Below, one piece after another: positions 25,522 to 38,139 of a DNA stretch of 64,000 bases. The number at the start of each line of letters is the position of its first letter. Position 1 is the stretch's first letter. The notes beneath the pieces are model-generated. The model was not told where the DNA came from, searched no databases, and saw only the letters and a program-made list of their open reading frames with translations. Origin of the DNA: Proteromonas lacertae (lineage: Eukaryota). The position numbers and the translations under genes are program-made. The stretch lies in the NCBI GenBank assembly GCA_002245135.1, contig NGBS01000293.1, positions 1 through 64,000 of the forward strand, given 5' to 3'.

Positions 25522-28500
25522 ATGTCTCATTTTGATGTAGATTTTAGCAGATTTCCATATGAAGCTGATACAGAGCTAATTCCATACATCGCTATTATAG
25601 GAGAAACTGATTATGGTGCAAAGATTAAGGAATTGATAGAAAAATCATCATTTAAATGTCATATGGATGTAATGAAAGATGATCATGTTACATTTGAGAT
25701 GAAATCATCTAAAAGTAAAAAGGCACCATATGATGGTATTTTAAAAGCCAATTGGTATGAAAAGCATCAAACAAAAGTACCTCATGTAGTAATTGCAGTT
25801 TTTGAAAATGATTTTCTCAAAGACTTTGATAGTTGGGATGATATTCAAGATGATATATTAAAAGACATTAATGATTTAAGAGATGATTTTGGTAATCATC
25901 CTATAGAGATGATCTTAGCATTTGTTCACAATGGTGAAGAAATAGATTCATCTGAACAAAAGAAAAAATCTGAAGGTCGATGTACAATGTATATAGTTTA
26001 TATATAATTTATAATTTTGCAGAATAAGGAGACAAGTTGATTTAGACTCAAAGGCATGCGTATTTTTCACTGAAGACACTTTGACCAAAAAATCAGATGC
26101 AAGTAAGAAGTTATTTTCAGCTCTATCTGATTTAACTCATGACTATTACAAAGCTCAAATTAGCCAATGGAAGAAAGATAAGAGATTATCCAAATCAAAT
26201 ATAATATCAACAAGATTATATCTCAAAATGGCATTTTATTATCATTATCTAGAAGAAGAAGAAAAAGAGTTCAATTGTTATTCAGAAGCATATAAATCAA
26301 CTATACAACTGTTAAATGAAGTATTTAATTAATATATATATTTTATAATATAATATAATAGCCTGAAGAAACTACACAAGGAATAGAATTACTGATAATA
26401 GGAGATTTCTTAGCCTATCAAATATGTCATTATCATATTACCAATAATCAAGGTGAAGATTTAATTCAATTTTTTGAAAATCATATTAAAGGATTTAGTA
26501 AAAGAATATTGGATAATGAACATGTATATATTATCATTATTATTTGTATAGAATTACATTCATTATTCATGGTTTGCTTGTCAATATCAAACCATAGTCA
26601 AACTTATAACAGATAATAAATTCAAAAGTAAAGATTTAAAGCCAATTAATTTACTCTATTCAGCCGTTTTATATGCACGTCGTCGTAGATCATTGGTGAA
26701 TGAATTAGGATTATACAACTTACCAGCTGTTGAAACATTACCAGAAAATCAATCGAAGTACTGGGGACAATATACAAACAGTGATGAAGGTAATGATTTA
26801 TTAAAGGATATGGAAAAAGGTATAAACCAAAGTGACATAATATTCAATATATTTAATCAAATTAAAGAATTAAGTAAAGTTGAAAAAGAAAGTGGAATAG
26901 AAAGTGATGATAGTTATCTAGATTTTATGATGGCTGAAGAATATTTTATAATCAAAGAATATCAAAAATCAATCGATTTGTTACAACCAATTTATGATAA
27001 ACAGCTTTACAAAGGATGGAGTTTGTTATTAAATACAATTTATTACAAATTATTAGAATGTTATGGAAATATCAACAATGCTGATGAGTTTATGAATTAT
27101 TTGACATTGTTATTATCTCCAAATATTTCCCACAATGAACAATTAGTAGAATTAACTGATTACTTCATTCAGATATTAGATAATCCAACTGTTAATCCAA
27201 TGACAAAAGATAATTGGAGTTTATCGAATGTAAAGTGTGATTTATTAGATGAATCTAAACCATTTATTACCTCCTGTTTGTTATTCCCTAATGCTCAAGG
27301 TTACTGTGATGATAAATATGAATTGACATTATTATTGAGATCATCTCTTCCTAAAGATTTAGAATATGAATCAATTGAAGTATTCTTTTCCAATAATGAA
27401 TCAATTACATTTAATAAAAACAATGTATATTTTAATTTTTTAGTTATTTTCATTAATAGGTCAATCACACAATAACAGCAAACACTACAGTATCGATTCC
27501 AATCGATTATAAAGCTCCAAACTCAAGTTGTGTATTAGAAGGTAAATACATATTAATCCACTTGAAATCCAATACAATTACATTGAATATACCTATCTTA
27601 ATATCACCAAAGTCTCATTATCCATATCCAAAACATCCACCATCTGAAATAACTAAATATTCACATAAAATACACATTCAAGCACATCCAACATTATTAA
27701 ATGCAAAATTAGATGTTAATGAAATTATATTAGTGGATGATTATACTGAAGTGAAATATACAATAACAAGCATCAAAGGAGGTATTTCAAATCCAGTTGT
27801 AGAATTAGATGTTAGTGGAAGTGCTAAAAAACAAAGTGAATGGTTTAAATTAGAAAATGGTAATGTATAATATTTATTTTTTATATAAAATCTATTATCA
27901 TATAGTATATTTCTGTATCAGATAAAGAGAATAATGCTCGAACAGAATTTCCAATAAGTGATATATCAGTAAATGGTGAACAAACAGGTGTTTTATACTT
28001 AAGAACAAGAAAAGAAGGTGTTTGTACAATTGGTATTAATATAAATGTAAAGAAAGAAGATGGAACAATCAACAGTTTAACATCAGAGAAAGTGACAACC
28101 AAAAGTCAAAAGCCATTCTCCATAAAGTGTCATTATTCTACACAAAAGTCATTACCAAGTATACTTGGACCTCCTTCTGAATATTTCACCACTTCAATTG
28201 ATATTCCATTTTTAGTAAGTTTGAAGATTAAATGTAAAGCTCCTCAAGGTGTTATTTTAGATAATTTCAATTATTCATCACCAAAAGAAGAAGATGCAGA
28301 GTTATTAGCATTTCATGGCGAATTATCTGAACCGATTAGTATATATATTACACATTCATATATAATATATTCAAAATAGATTTAAAAATGGATGAAGTTT
28401 ATCAATGTTTAATTCAAATCCAACCAAAATGTGCATCTGAGGAATGGACAGCTACAGTGAATATTAATTGGAAGAAATCTGATAACCATCCATTAGTTTG

Positions 28501-28904
28501 CACTCCCTATTATGTAGATCCTGTTACTATTAGACAACCACCATTTGGAATTGATATTAGTATATATATATTTTATTTGTTTATATATATTTTTTATTTA
28601 TTTAGAATTACCAAACGTAATGAATTTGGGTGTTCCAAACAATTTGGTATTTGAAGTATCCAATAATTGTTCAAGATTACAAGAAGTGAGAATTAGCTAC
28701 AATCCATCCAGTGCTTATGCAATATCTGGTTTACAAAATATGCAAATAAAGATTCAAGCTCATCAAACTGAAGAAGTTCATTTTACAATTGTACCTCTAT
28801 TATGTGGACATCAAAGCATTGGTAATTTGTCAATCTTTTCGTTGAGATATTGTCAAGAATTAGTGACTGAAGGAACTGTTCCTGAACCATTTATTTTACC
28901 ATAA
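25522..28904 (+). CDS. TRAPPC11: Trafficking protein particle complex subunit 11 (foie gras/Gryzun)
   Basis: GILKANWYEKHQTKVPHVVIAVFE resembles the TRAPPC11 N-terminal motif. Also R..LKMAFY, MAEEYF...Y.KGW and the C-terminal SGL...PLLCGHQ. All exons join in frame. Confidence 0.85.
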
Positions 28905-29049
28905 TTAATAAATCAATAACATTTATATTTTATAAATGTTTATTTTAGGGTGAATTGATATTATAATACTGACACACAAATAAAATATTATAAATTTTTA
29001 ACAAAACTACTAGCCTTAACTTAGATTTAATTTAAATTACATATATACA

Positions 29050-29452
29050 TCATATTACCGATGAATCAACACTTAGAACACTTAATAAACTTTTTGGTCC
29101 TACTCTAGAGACAATTGGCGAAGATGTTACACAATATTTTGAAGAAATCAACAAATCTGAAGAATCTCTATAGCTATTCTTGTTATGACAGAGATTAACT
29201 GTTCTTTCTTCTAGATATCTATGATTTTTACATGAATGAAAAAGAAATCTATTCTTAATAATTAGATATTATATACCCTTCACTATTAATTTCAGCTTCA
29301 TTTGCTAAATAATGATGATCTCCATATTCACAAAGAATATAAACTCCTTTTGGACCAACTTTCCAATCCAATTCTGAAGATATGATTATTGAGTAGTTTA
29401 ATCCAGTACCAACCAATAAGTTGTTCAACAAATTCTCAACTTTGTTGTTCAT
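29050..29452 (-). CDS. Small hypothetical protein, paralog of 23061-23528
   Basis: A 28-nt intron at 29249-29276 joins ...NSEG to FLFHSCKNHR..., ending at TGA 29050. Confidence 0.7.
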
Positions 29453-30160
29453 TGTTATAAAATAATGATGTGAATAAAAATTCTAGAATGGTTTTTGAAT
29501 TTTGTAGATTTAAGGATCTTTGTGTGTTTTTTGGTAAATACTAAATAATCGTTACAAGTAGTCTTATTAATAAGAATACAAAAATGATAATTTTATAACA
29601 TTATTATCAGCAGATGAGTATAAAAATCACTCTTAAAAAAATGATCAAATCAAACATGTTTGATCATCATTTTTTCAACGAAGATAGTTGAATTGTTATA
29701 AAAAGTTTTAGAAATAACATCCAATTCAAATATATATCCCATAAATAAAATATAAAGCAAATGGCAGTTACACATTATTTTGAAAATCATTGAATGTTGA
29801 ATGAATATAATTATTGAATACATAATATTTTTAATTGATGATCCTAATGGACCTTATTGTTGATGGATTAGTTAAATTAGTGTGAAATGTTTTTTATATA
29901 GGCATTTTCAAGTATTTTTAGTTGTATCTTAACTATTTATACACTATAAGGTGTTAGATCTTTATGTCCTACTTGTAAACACCAAAAACAATCGAATTTA
30001 ATCACCTCTTATGAAGCTAATTTTTTTCACACATATGTAAAGCAGGATGATAGTCTAAAATATCACATCAGATGCTATTAATACCTCACCCTCAACGAAT
30101 AATTGACAAACTTTTATTTATTTTTATTTTTTAATTTTTGCTTAAATTTTCAAAATATAT

Positions 30161-31374
30161 ATGCAAACTCCTTTTTATATCACTTCTCAAGGAATGTTTC
30201 AAGTATACTTTTTATTTTCATATAAAAATGCTTAGAGCATAAACTTAATTTTAAAAACATGCTTTGGTGAAATAGTACATGCATTTTGGGTAGAGCAGGG
30301 TGTAGAAGTTGCCTTAAAAATTACTATATTAGTATTAATGCCGTTATTTATCTCTAGGGACCTCATGATGATAAAGTTGAAGAAGATCCAGTAAGTGAAA
30401 GTGAAATACTTAGAATGCCAGAATTGCAGAGTTCTACTTGCTTCCCTAAAATATATACCGTGTTTAAAGATAAAATGCATGTTTCAACATATAATGAAAA
30501 AGTGATATGCCATATCTGCGTACAAGAGTATCTAGGTTGTGTGGATATGCTATTATTCTCAAATATTCTATCAACAGCTGCATTTAAAAAACCGGACAAG
30601 CATACAGTGATATTTGAAATAACAAGAATGGATGCTTTATCAATGGCATTATGTATTCAAAAATTACATTCCCTTAACATATGCCATTTAGATGTATCTT
30701 TAGAAAACTTCATGATGAAAGAAGGTCAAGTCAAACTTATTGATTTTGGATTAGCAAAGAAGGTAACTGACAGTAATCACTTAGTCAATAATAATTACGG
30801 GAAACAGTTCTATTTCTCCCCTGAAATGATGAATGGAGGACAATATGATGGTATGAAGAGAGATATTTGGAGTTTGGGAGTGTGTATTTACGCATTATTT
30901 GCACATAGAATGTTAGCTAATACTCAAGAGGAAATGTTATTAGCTTTAAAACATATATCTGCTTCGTTTAAATCTTATTTAGCTCTTTATAATCCTGAAT
31001 TTATTCATGAAGATCCTGATTTGATTGATTTACTTTCTAATTGTTTAACATGTAATCCTGAAAAGAGATATTCTATTGATGAAGTAGTTAATCATAAATT
31101 CTTTTTCGTTGAAACCAAGAATCAAGTTGATCTCAATGAAGTATATCCAAATTCATTTTTTCCTGCTGCTTCTTCTAATCCAAACCCTTCATTTATTAAT
31201 ATACCAGAATTAGATAATTTGAATATACCTCTTGTTGATGAGTATGATGATTCAAGTCCTGATGTTGAGTCACAGATGTATTTAAAGAAGAGTAGTATGC
31301 GTAGGAGGTCTATGATGATGAGATTGATGGAAAGTAAAGGGTGGAAGACATTAGATGATAAAGAAGAAAAATAA
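30161..31374 (+). CDS. Ser/Thr protein kinase (CAMK-like), apparently catalytically intact
   Basis: VALK, HLDVSLEN, DFGLA, GKQFYFSPE and DIWSLG motifs. Two 5' introns upstream of the 30415 ORF. Confidence 0.88.
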
Positions 31375-31522
31375 ATTAAGTATGTAATGAGCAAGTATAT
31401 ATTTTAATTGAGTTGTTATTGATTGTATTGTTATGTTGTTATTTTTTATTTTATTTTGGAATTAAAACATTACAACTATTATAAATAAATAAATGTATTA
31501 TTAAGGTAAAAGAAATGATGAT

Positions 31523-31899
31523 CTACACTAATATTCCACCATTATGCCTTACAGGGATTAAAGGATCGAACAATTGCTATAAATAATATTATTTGAATGT
31601 ATATACTTGTTCTGCCATTCTTTCTACTTCTTCATTTATCAAATTTTGATTTATAATCACTTGATTAAACATATCAATGAAATCTTCAAAATCTTCTCTT
31701 TGAAGATCAGCATCAAACTTTTTGATGGGTTTTATTACTGTTTTAGATTCTAATTGCATATAATAATATATGACATACTCTCTTTTGATGAAACTGCAAA
31801 CCATACTTTACTGTTTGTGTCTCTTTCTTTCAAAATTGGTTGTTTACGTTTTGTTTGTCTCACTGGGATCATTGAGCTCTTCTTTTTATCTGAATTCAT
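31523..31899 (-). CDS. Small hypothetical protein, 3 exons
   Basis: ATG 31899 and two GTAT...TAG introns give an open frame MNSDKKKSSMIPVRQ...FDADLQREDFEDFIDMF...; no homology recognised. Confidence 0.5.
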
Positions 31900-32066
31900 T
31901 GTGCTGAAGGTTTTGAAATTTCAAAATTTAAACTCCTACTTTCTTCAAGCCAAAAGCTCGTTTATTTAAAATGCTTTTCTGAATGAACTAACTATTTCTG
32001 ACACAAAATTCAATAAAATAATACAATAATAATAATAGGTTTTATGGAAAAAAACAAAAATTATAT

Positions 32067-33594
32067 CTACATTCCAAATTGTCTCATCATATCCTTCATT
32101 TTACCACCACCCATTCCACCAGAGAATTGTTTCATCATATTCATCATTCCACCAGCACCACCCATTTGTTGCAACATCCTAGGATCCACTGATTTCATTA
32201 ATTGTTGCATCATTTGATTAGGATTTCTTTCAAAGTTCTTCATCATTGCAGCATCATTCAATAAATTGCTCTTACCCATTTTACCTACCACTTTCTCCAT
32301 AGATTTATGGCATGTGAGTAATTGTTGTAATTCAGCAGGATGCGTGCCAGAACCCCGACAAATTCTAAATATTCTTGATTCTGTCATGGGAACTTTACAA
32401 TCTAATTCTTTCTCTGTCATACTATCCATCATATAAATAAATCTCTTCACTCTTTCAACACCTTCCTTTTCTTGTCCTTTCTCGAACATCCCTTGGGGTA
32501 AGCCTGGTATCATAGACATAATTCTATCCATTGGACCTAATTTCAAGACATTCTCAAATTGTTCCCTCATATCCCTAATAGTAAACAGACCTTTTTGTAA
32601 TCTTTGCATACTCTCTTTATTTCCATCTAGTATACCAGCATCTTTAATTTCGTTCATTAATCCTTTCACATCACCTAAACCCAATAATCTACTAACAAAA
32701 CTATGTGGTTCAAATAATTCAAGACTATCAAAATGTTCACCCTCTCCCAAGAAGATAATCGGAGCACCAGTAGCAGCAACAGCACTAAGAGCACCTCCAC
32801 CTTTAGCATGACCATCTAATTTAGTAATAATTACAGAACCGATGTTAACTTTGGATTTGAAAGCTTTAGCTTGATTCTGTGCCATTTGACCTATTGTGCT
32901 ATCTAATACGAATATAATATCATCAGGATGGATTGCCTCTTCCACTTCTTTCATTTCATCTAATAATGCATCTTCCTGCTTATGTCTACCTGAAGTATCG
33001 ACAATAATTATCTCATAGTTATCTTTCTTAAACGCATCCACACCTTCTTGAGCTATTTTTACTGGATCTGGTTCTGTATAACTACCATAGAATGGTACTT
33101 TTACTCTTGTGGCATTTTGCTTTAATTGATCGAATGCACCTGCTCTGAATGTATCTGCACATACCATACATGTTTTCCAACCTTTACGTTTGTACCAATT
33201 AGCATATTTTGCTATTGTTGTTGTCTTACCGGCGCCCTGTAAACCAACAAACATGATTACATTCGGTTTGCCTTTCTTTGGTTTGAATGGTTCTACTCCA
33301 GGTGATAGTAGATTAACCAATTCATCAAATACAGATTTTTCAACTATACGTCGAAGATTTGTTCCTGGAGCTTCTTGTAGAGCTACTGTTGCTTTTATAT
33401 TTTTCCTTATTTTCATTACTTCAGATATATTTACATCTGCCTATCAATATTATTTCATAAGAGTTAAATACCTTCAAAAGTGCATTACCTATGTCTTTTA
33501 GAAACTCATCTATAACAGTATCATTTACATTAAATGATTGTTGTAGTTTTGATATAGCTTGAGTTAATTGACTGCCTAGCTCAGCTAAAACCAT
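32067..33594 (-). CDS. SRP54: Signal recognition particle 54 kDa subunit (eukaryotic)
   Basis: MVLAELG start, GLQGAGKTT, DTFRAGA, DTSGRH, TKLDGHAKGGG and a Met-rich M domain. One 5' intron. Confidence 0.98.
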
Positions 33595-33657
33595 GAAAAA
33601 TTAAATGAAGCAGGGGTTTGAAAAATAGAAATATTTTGAGACACCTAAATATTAAAA

Positions 33658-34258
33658 ATGATAAATTCACAACAGCATGTTCAAAGTTTGTCTGATAAGA
33701 CTAAAGATTTAAAAGTATTAAGAGTGCATATAACATTTAGTTTATGAAAAGAAGGACAGAAGAAGCAGAAGCTCGTAAATTAGAAAGACAGAAGCAAAAG
33801 GCTTTAGCAGCAAGTAAATGGAGTATAAATACACAATTAGAAAAGGATATACCGTATATATAATTAACAGTTTATTATTTAACAGATTTACTTGTCATTC
33901 CTACACATCAGATCCTAGTGAAATGGATTATGGAAGACTATCGTTCAAAGGTTTTAATCCTAAATTAGAAGTATCCAATTAATTGTTTATTATAATTAAT
34001 TAGGCAATATTGAATGAAAGATATAAATTTTTCCATAAAATACCCATGTTTAGTAATAATAATATGGAGGAAGAAGATAATGAGGGTGAGGAGCTTGAAG
34101 ATAGAATAGATGAAGAAGAATGGGAACAAAGACAGAAAACACTAAAACACAAAGCAGATAAACAACAGCTGAAGTTTACTCGTAGTTCTAGAGGAGGTAA
34201 AAGGGAAAATGGAAATAGAGGAAGAGGTGGAAGAGGAGGAAAAAGAAATAATCATTAA
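33658..34258 (+). CDS. MPP6: M-phase phosphoprotein 6-like nuclear exosome cofactor
   Basis: Spliced product contains LSDKTKDLKFMKR and YGRLSFKGFNPKLE, the two conserved MPP6 motifs. First intron 33715-33740 (26 nt). Head-to-head with SRP54. Confidence 0.78.
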
Positions 34259-34508
34259 TTATCTTTTATGTTGTTATTGTTCCTTGTTATTATGTTTTTT
34301 AAATCAAAAAAAAACAGAAGCTAATTATATATAGAAGTTTAATTTTATTCACTAAAAAGCATTTTCCAAAATTTATAAACATTATTAAAGTCACAAATCA
34401 TTCATACATTATATACATATACAACCAATAGAATGATAATATTATTTAAATTTTTATAATATCATCCTATATAGCTGTTTAAATGTATATAAATGTAATA
34501 AAAATGAA

Positions 34509-34514
<6 letters not shown>

Positions 34515-34540
<26 letters not shown>
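34515..34540. repeat. (TA)n microsatellite between convergent genes
   Basis: Direct reading. Similar (TA)n tracts lie inside introns at about 18600, 24240 and 56460. Confidence 0.9.
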
Positions 34541-34546
<6 letters not shown>

Positions 34547-34582
34547 TGTGTATGTATGTGTGTGTAATAATATATATATATA

Positions 34583-35702
34583 TTAATCATTCCAAATCAA
34601 CTCAATCTGTTTTTTTGATATATCATAATTTGGTGATACATAAAATGCGTGTTCTGGAATTTTCTGTGATTTTAATAATTCAGTGATTTGTTCTTTTGCC
34701 TTATTTCCCATGAAATGTAACAGAGCAGTTCCACCTTTAGTACATTGTGCAATTATGTAAGGTTTCCTGTTAAATACCTTTTTAGCTTCATCTTCATCAA
34801 ACATCTTATAGCCTGTCCTTATTAAATACAACGGGGGATCCCATTTAGTATCTTGGAATTCATCTGTGAATTGTAAGCCAGAGGAGGAAGCAGCAGATGG
34901 CATAAATGCTAAAAAAAAATGCTATACATAAGTATATAAATGGTATATAATTATATACATTAACTGCTGATTCATCTCTACATCTTGTCAAGCCATATGT
35001 TTGAGGTATGATTCTTAATTCTGGTTGGAATTTGATTTGATCTTTAATTTCTGCTGATATATTTGGCATAAATGATTGAAATTTTGTATCTAAAGGTAAA
35101 TAATCCCAACTATTACCACCAGTATAATTTGTTATTTCACTCCATCTATTACACCACAACGGAAGTCTACACAATTCCATTTGTTCTAATTAAGAGTAAA
35201 TTTGTAAAAATATATTATACTTTGCATTTCAAAATATGAAAAATCATAACATCCGAACTTTAATAAATTGCATCTTTCTAAAGATGGTTTATCTTTAGTG
35301 TATAACAAAAATTCACAGTTTGAACTGTTAGTTACTCGGACTTCTTTTGCTGCTAGTATGAATTTGCAATTTTGGCAATCTTTTATTGATATTGTATCTT
35401 CTGTTGGTCCAATTATTATATTACAATTTTCACAATTCATTATATATGTTGCTGCAGTAGCATCACAGACGTAAAAAGTTGAACTTTTGCACTGTGATAT
35501 TTCAAAACTCTGCATATACAGTGATCTATACATATTATCATAATTTGATAAAATACCCTGGAGCTTTACATTCGGTACAATTATTCTTATTCCTAAAATA
35601 AAAATTTGTGGCTGGAACACCTGGAGGAGGTCGAAAGATTGGTCTTGTATTTCTATTAGATATTCTAGGAGCACGTGCTGGCTTTGATGATTTACAACCC
35701 AT
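34583..35702 (-). CDS. RP2: RP2/XRP2-like TBCC-domain protein (Arl3-GAP family)
   Basis: N-terminal MGCKSSK dual-acylation motif. TBCC beta-helix NCENCNIIIGP...DCQNCKFILAAKEVRV...PSLERC..LKFGCY followed by NRWSEITNYT, collinear with RP2. Confidence 0.8.
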
Positions 35703-35956
35703 ATTAAATGTGTGTGTATATATAAATTATTTATTTACTACGTTTATCCTTCTATATAAAATAGAAGAAGTTTTTTAAAATTTTTGGTCCAACTTCATTT
35801 ATGTCGTTTTTGTAAAGACAAAGTGTTTATTTTATACAAAAATGCATTTTGCATGAATTATAAGCAATGAAAAATGTGGATCTTGGATTGTTTAATCAAT
35901 TACAACCAATTATAAAAATGATTATCATTAAAATATGTATTTAAGAATTAATATAA

Positions 35957-38065
35957 TTACATTATGCAGCATAATGATGGATGAACTACACTATAATGAT
36001 CACTTGTAACATCAGAACGATGTAACAATGGACACTTTTTCAATCCATTCTGCAAACGATTATAAGCAGACATAGTATAATTGCCATGTATCATTATTGC
36101 TAATAATCTTGGCCATTTCACAATACAATTCAATAAAGGTTCTACACATTTATCAGACATATCAGCTCCATTAATACAATATGTTCTAATGGGATGATGA
36201 ATCAAACTATTTGTTACAATAATACTGCCTTCATCTCCAATTAAATTCCCTGCTAATGTGAAATATTGAATTTCTTTCATTTGAGTCAATGAATTTCCCA
36301 AAATTTCACATAAACTATCATCAAAATGTTCAGCTATTTAAATATAATATATATAAAAACATCAATATATACACATAATATCAATTTGATTTAAATTGGG
36401 CCATTTATTTGGCATTTCTAATAACAATTTCTTTAATAACTTATATCTCATATTTGGAATTCTTATACCAATACCACATACATCATTTTTACTGTTCTCC
36501 AATACTTTTATCAACAATTCACAACTAACATCTGTCAATTTTGGACTATCAATGTAAAGTATTTGTAATTCACATTTCTCTAAAGTTTCAGTTAAAACAG
36601 TCATTCCAATATCAGTTACTTCTTCACTGATTAATGAAAACATATGCAAATTTCTACATAATGATAATCCTTTAGCTATAGACTTCAATCCTCTATCACT
36701 TACTAATGGACTGTCTAATGTAAATGATCTTAAATTAATATTCGTAACCATATGTTCTCCAAGAATAGAAATACCTTCATCTGATACATTATAAGCTATA
36801 ATAATAATAATATGATTTTATATATACATCTAATATGTAAATATTGTAGTTTATATAGATTTCCTATGGCTTTTCCTAAATCTGTGATTCCTCCATCTCC
36901 AACATCATCTAGTAATAAAATTAAAGTATTTAACTCAGTCAATTCTGGTAAATTGTATATCATATGACGAAATCCCATGTCATTCAATTTAAAAGCTATA
37001 AAGAAATTAAGTATAAAGTTAAATACTATTCAAATAGAATGATTCTAATGATTTTAACTTAATAAATGCTTCACCTAATCGATCAGCTGGTTTATAACCA
37101 AACGAAGGAATATCAAGAAATAAATTAATTAATTGATTACACTTTGCAATATTATCAGATAAACAAATACATGCTTCTTCTTCACAATGACCAGCTAATA
37201 ATAATAATAATATAAATATATATATATATATACCATTAATTATTAATGACTTTAACTGGTTTAATTGTGGGAGAACATTAGATATTTTCTTTAAACCTGC
37301 TGTATCTAATCCTTTCAATATCAATCCTAATGTTGATATATCACCCATCTCTGATAAGCTTTCTATGAATTTATCAATTATTCCATTTTCACTATTTACT
37401 ACATTTCCTGCTATTGCTAAAATTTGAAGTTTTTTACAGTTTATTAAACTATCAAATAAATATTTCATTCCTTTGTTTGTTAATTCTGAGCCAGCATAGA
37501 TTAATTCCATATAAGGTGATAAATGTAATAATCTTAAATTCTTTGATATATTTTCGGCATTTATATCGTACCAAGTTTCATATATGTATAATTCCTTTAG
37601 ATTTGTATAATTACATATAACTTTTGACAAATTAAACAGCATATTGTCATCCATATTACAATCTATAACAGTTATATATAAATAGATTGATCATATACCT
37701 ACAAAAGATAACTTCTCGATTTTAGGCATGAAATGTAAAGAATCACAAAGTTCGCTCATTCTTTTCTTATTTAAACTTATACCTCGGAAACTAATTTCTG
37801 TCAATACTCTGTAACTCTTTAAACGATGAGCGAATCTACTGAACTGATTGTCAGTCATATTACCTAATTACTTAATACAATTTCTCTAAATACGACAAAA
37901 TGGACTGTTACCAAAACCAATCCAAAATGAAGTGGTAGTCCACGGATTGTTTTCATCTAACAATCTATCCATAATATGAGAACCAATAATTTCCTTCTTC
38001 TTTTTTGATCCATCCCAATTCAATTGCTCATCTTCAAACATTATATCATCAAGTGTTACTTCCAT
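35957..38065 (-). CDS. RNI-like LRR protein ending in a CaaX motif (CCIM)
   Basis: Many LRRs (FTLAGNLIGDEGS, LNTLILLLDDVGDGG). Multi-exon. C-terminus ...HPSLCCIM*. Confidence 0.78.
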
Positions 38066-38139
38066 TTTCCCGATTTTTTATTATTAAATTTTCAGGTATA
38101 TGAAAATGTTGTAAAACCCATTTGAGTGTAATTTTTTTC

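Noticed and set aside
29660..30060. Possible RING or zinc-finger remnant (LCPTCKH)
   Set aside because: Only one CxxC and no consistent exon structure.
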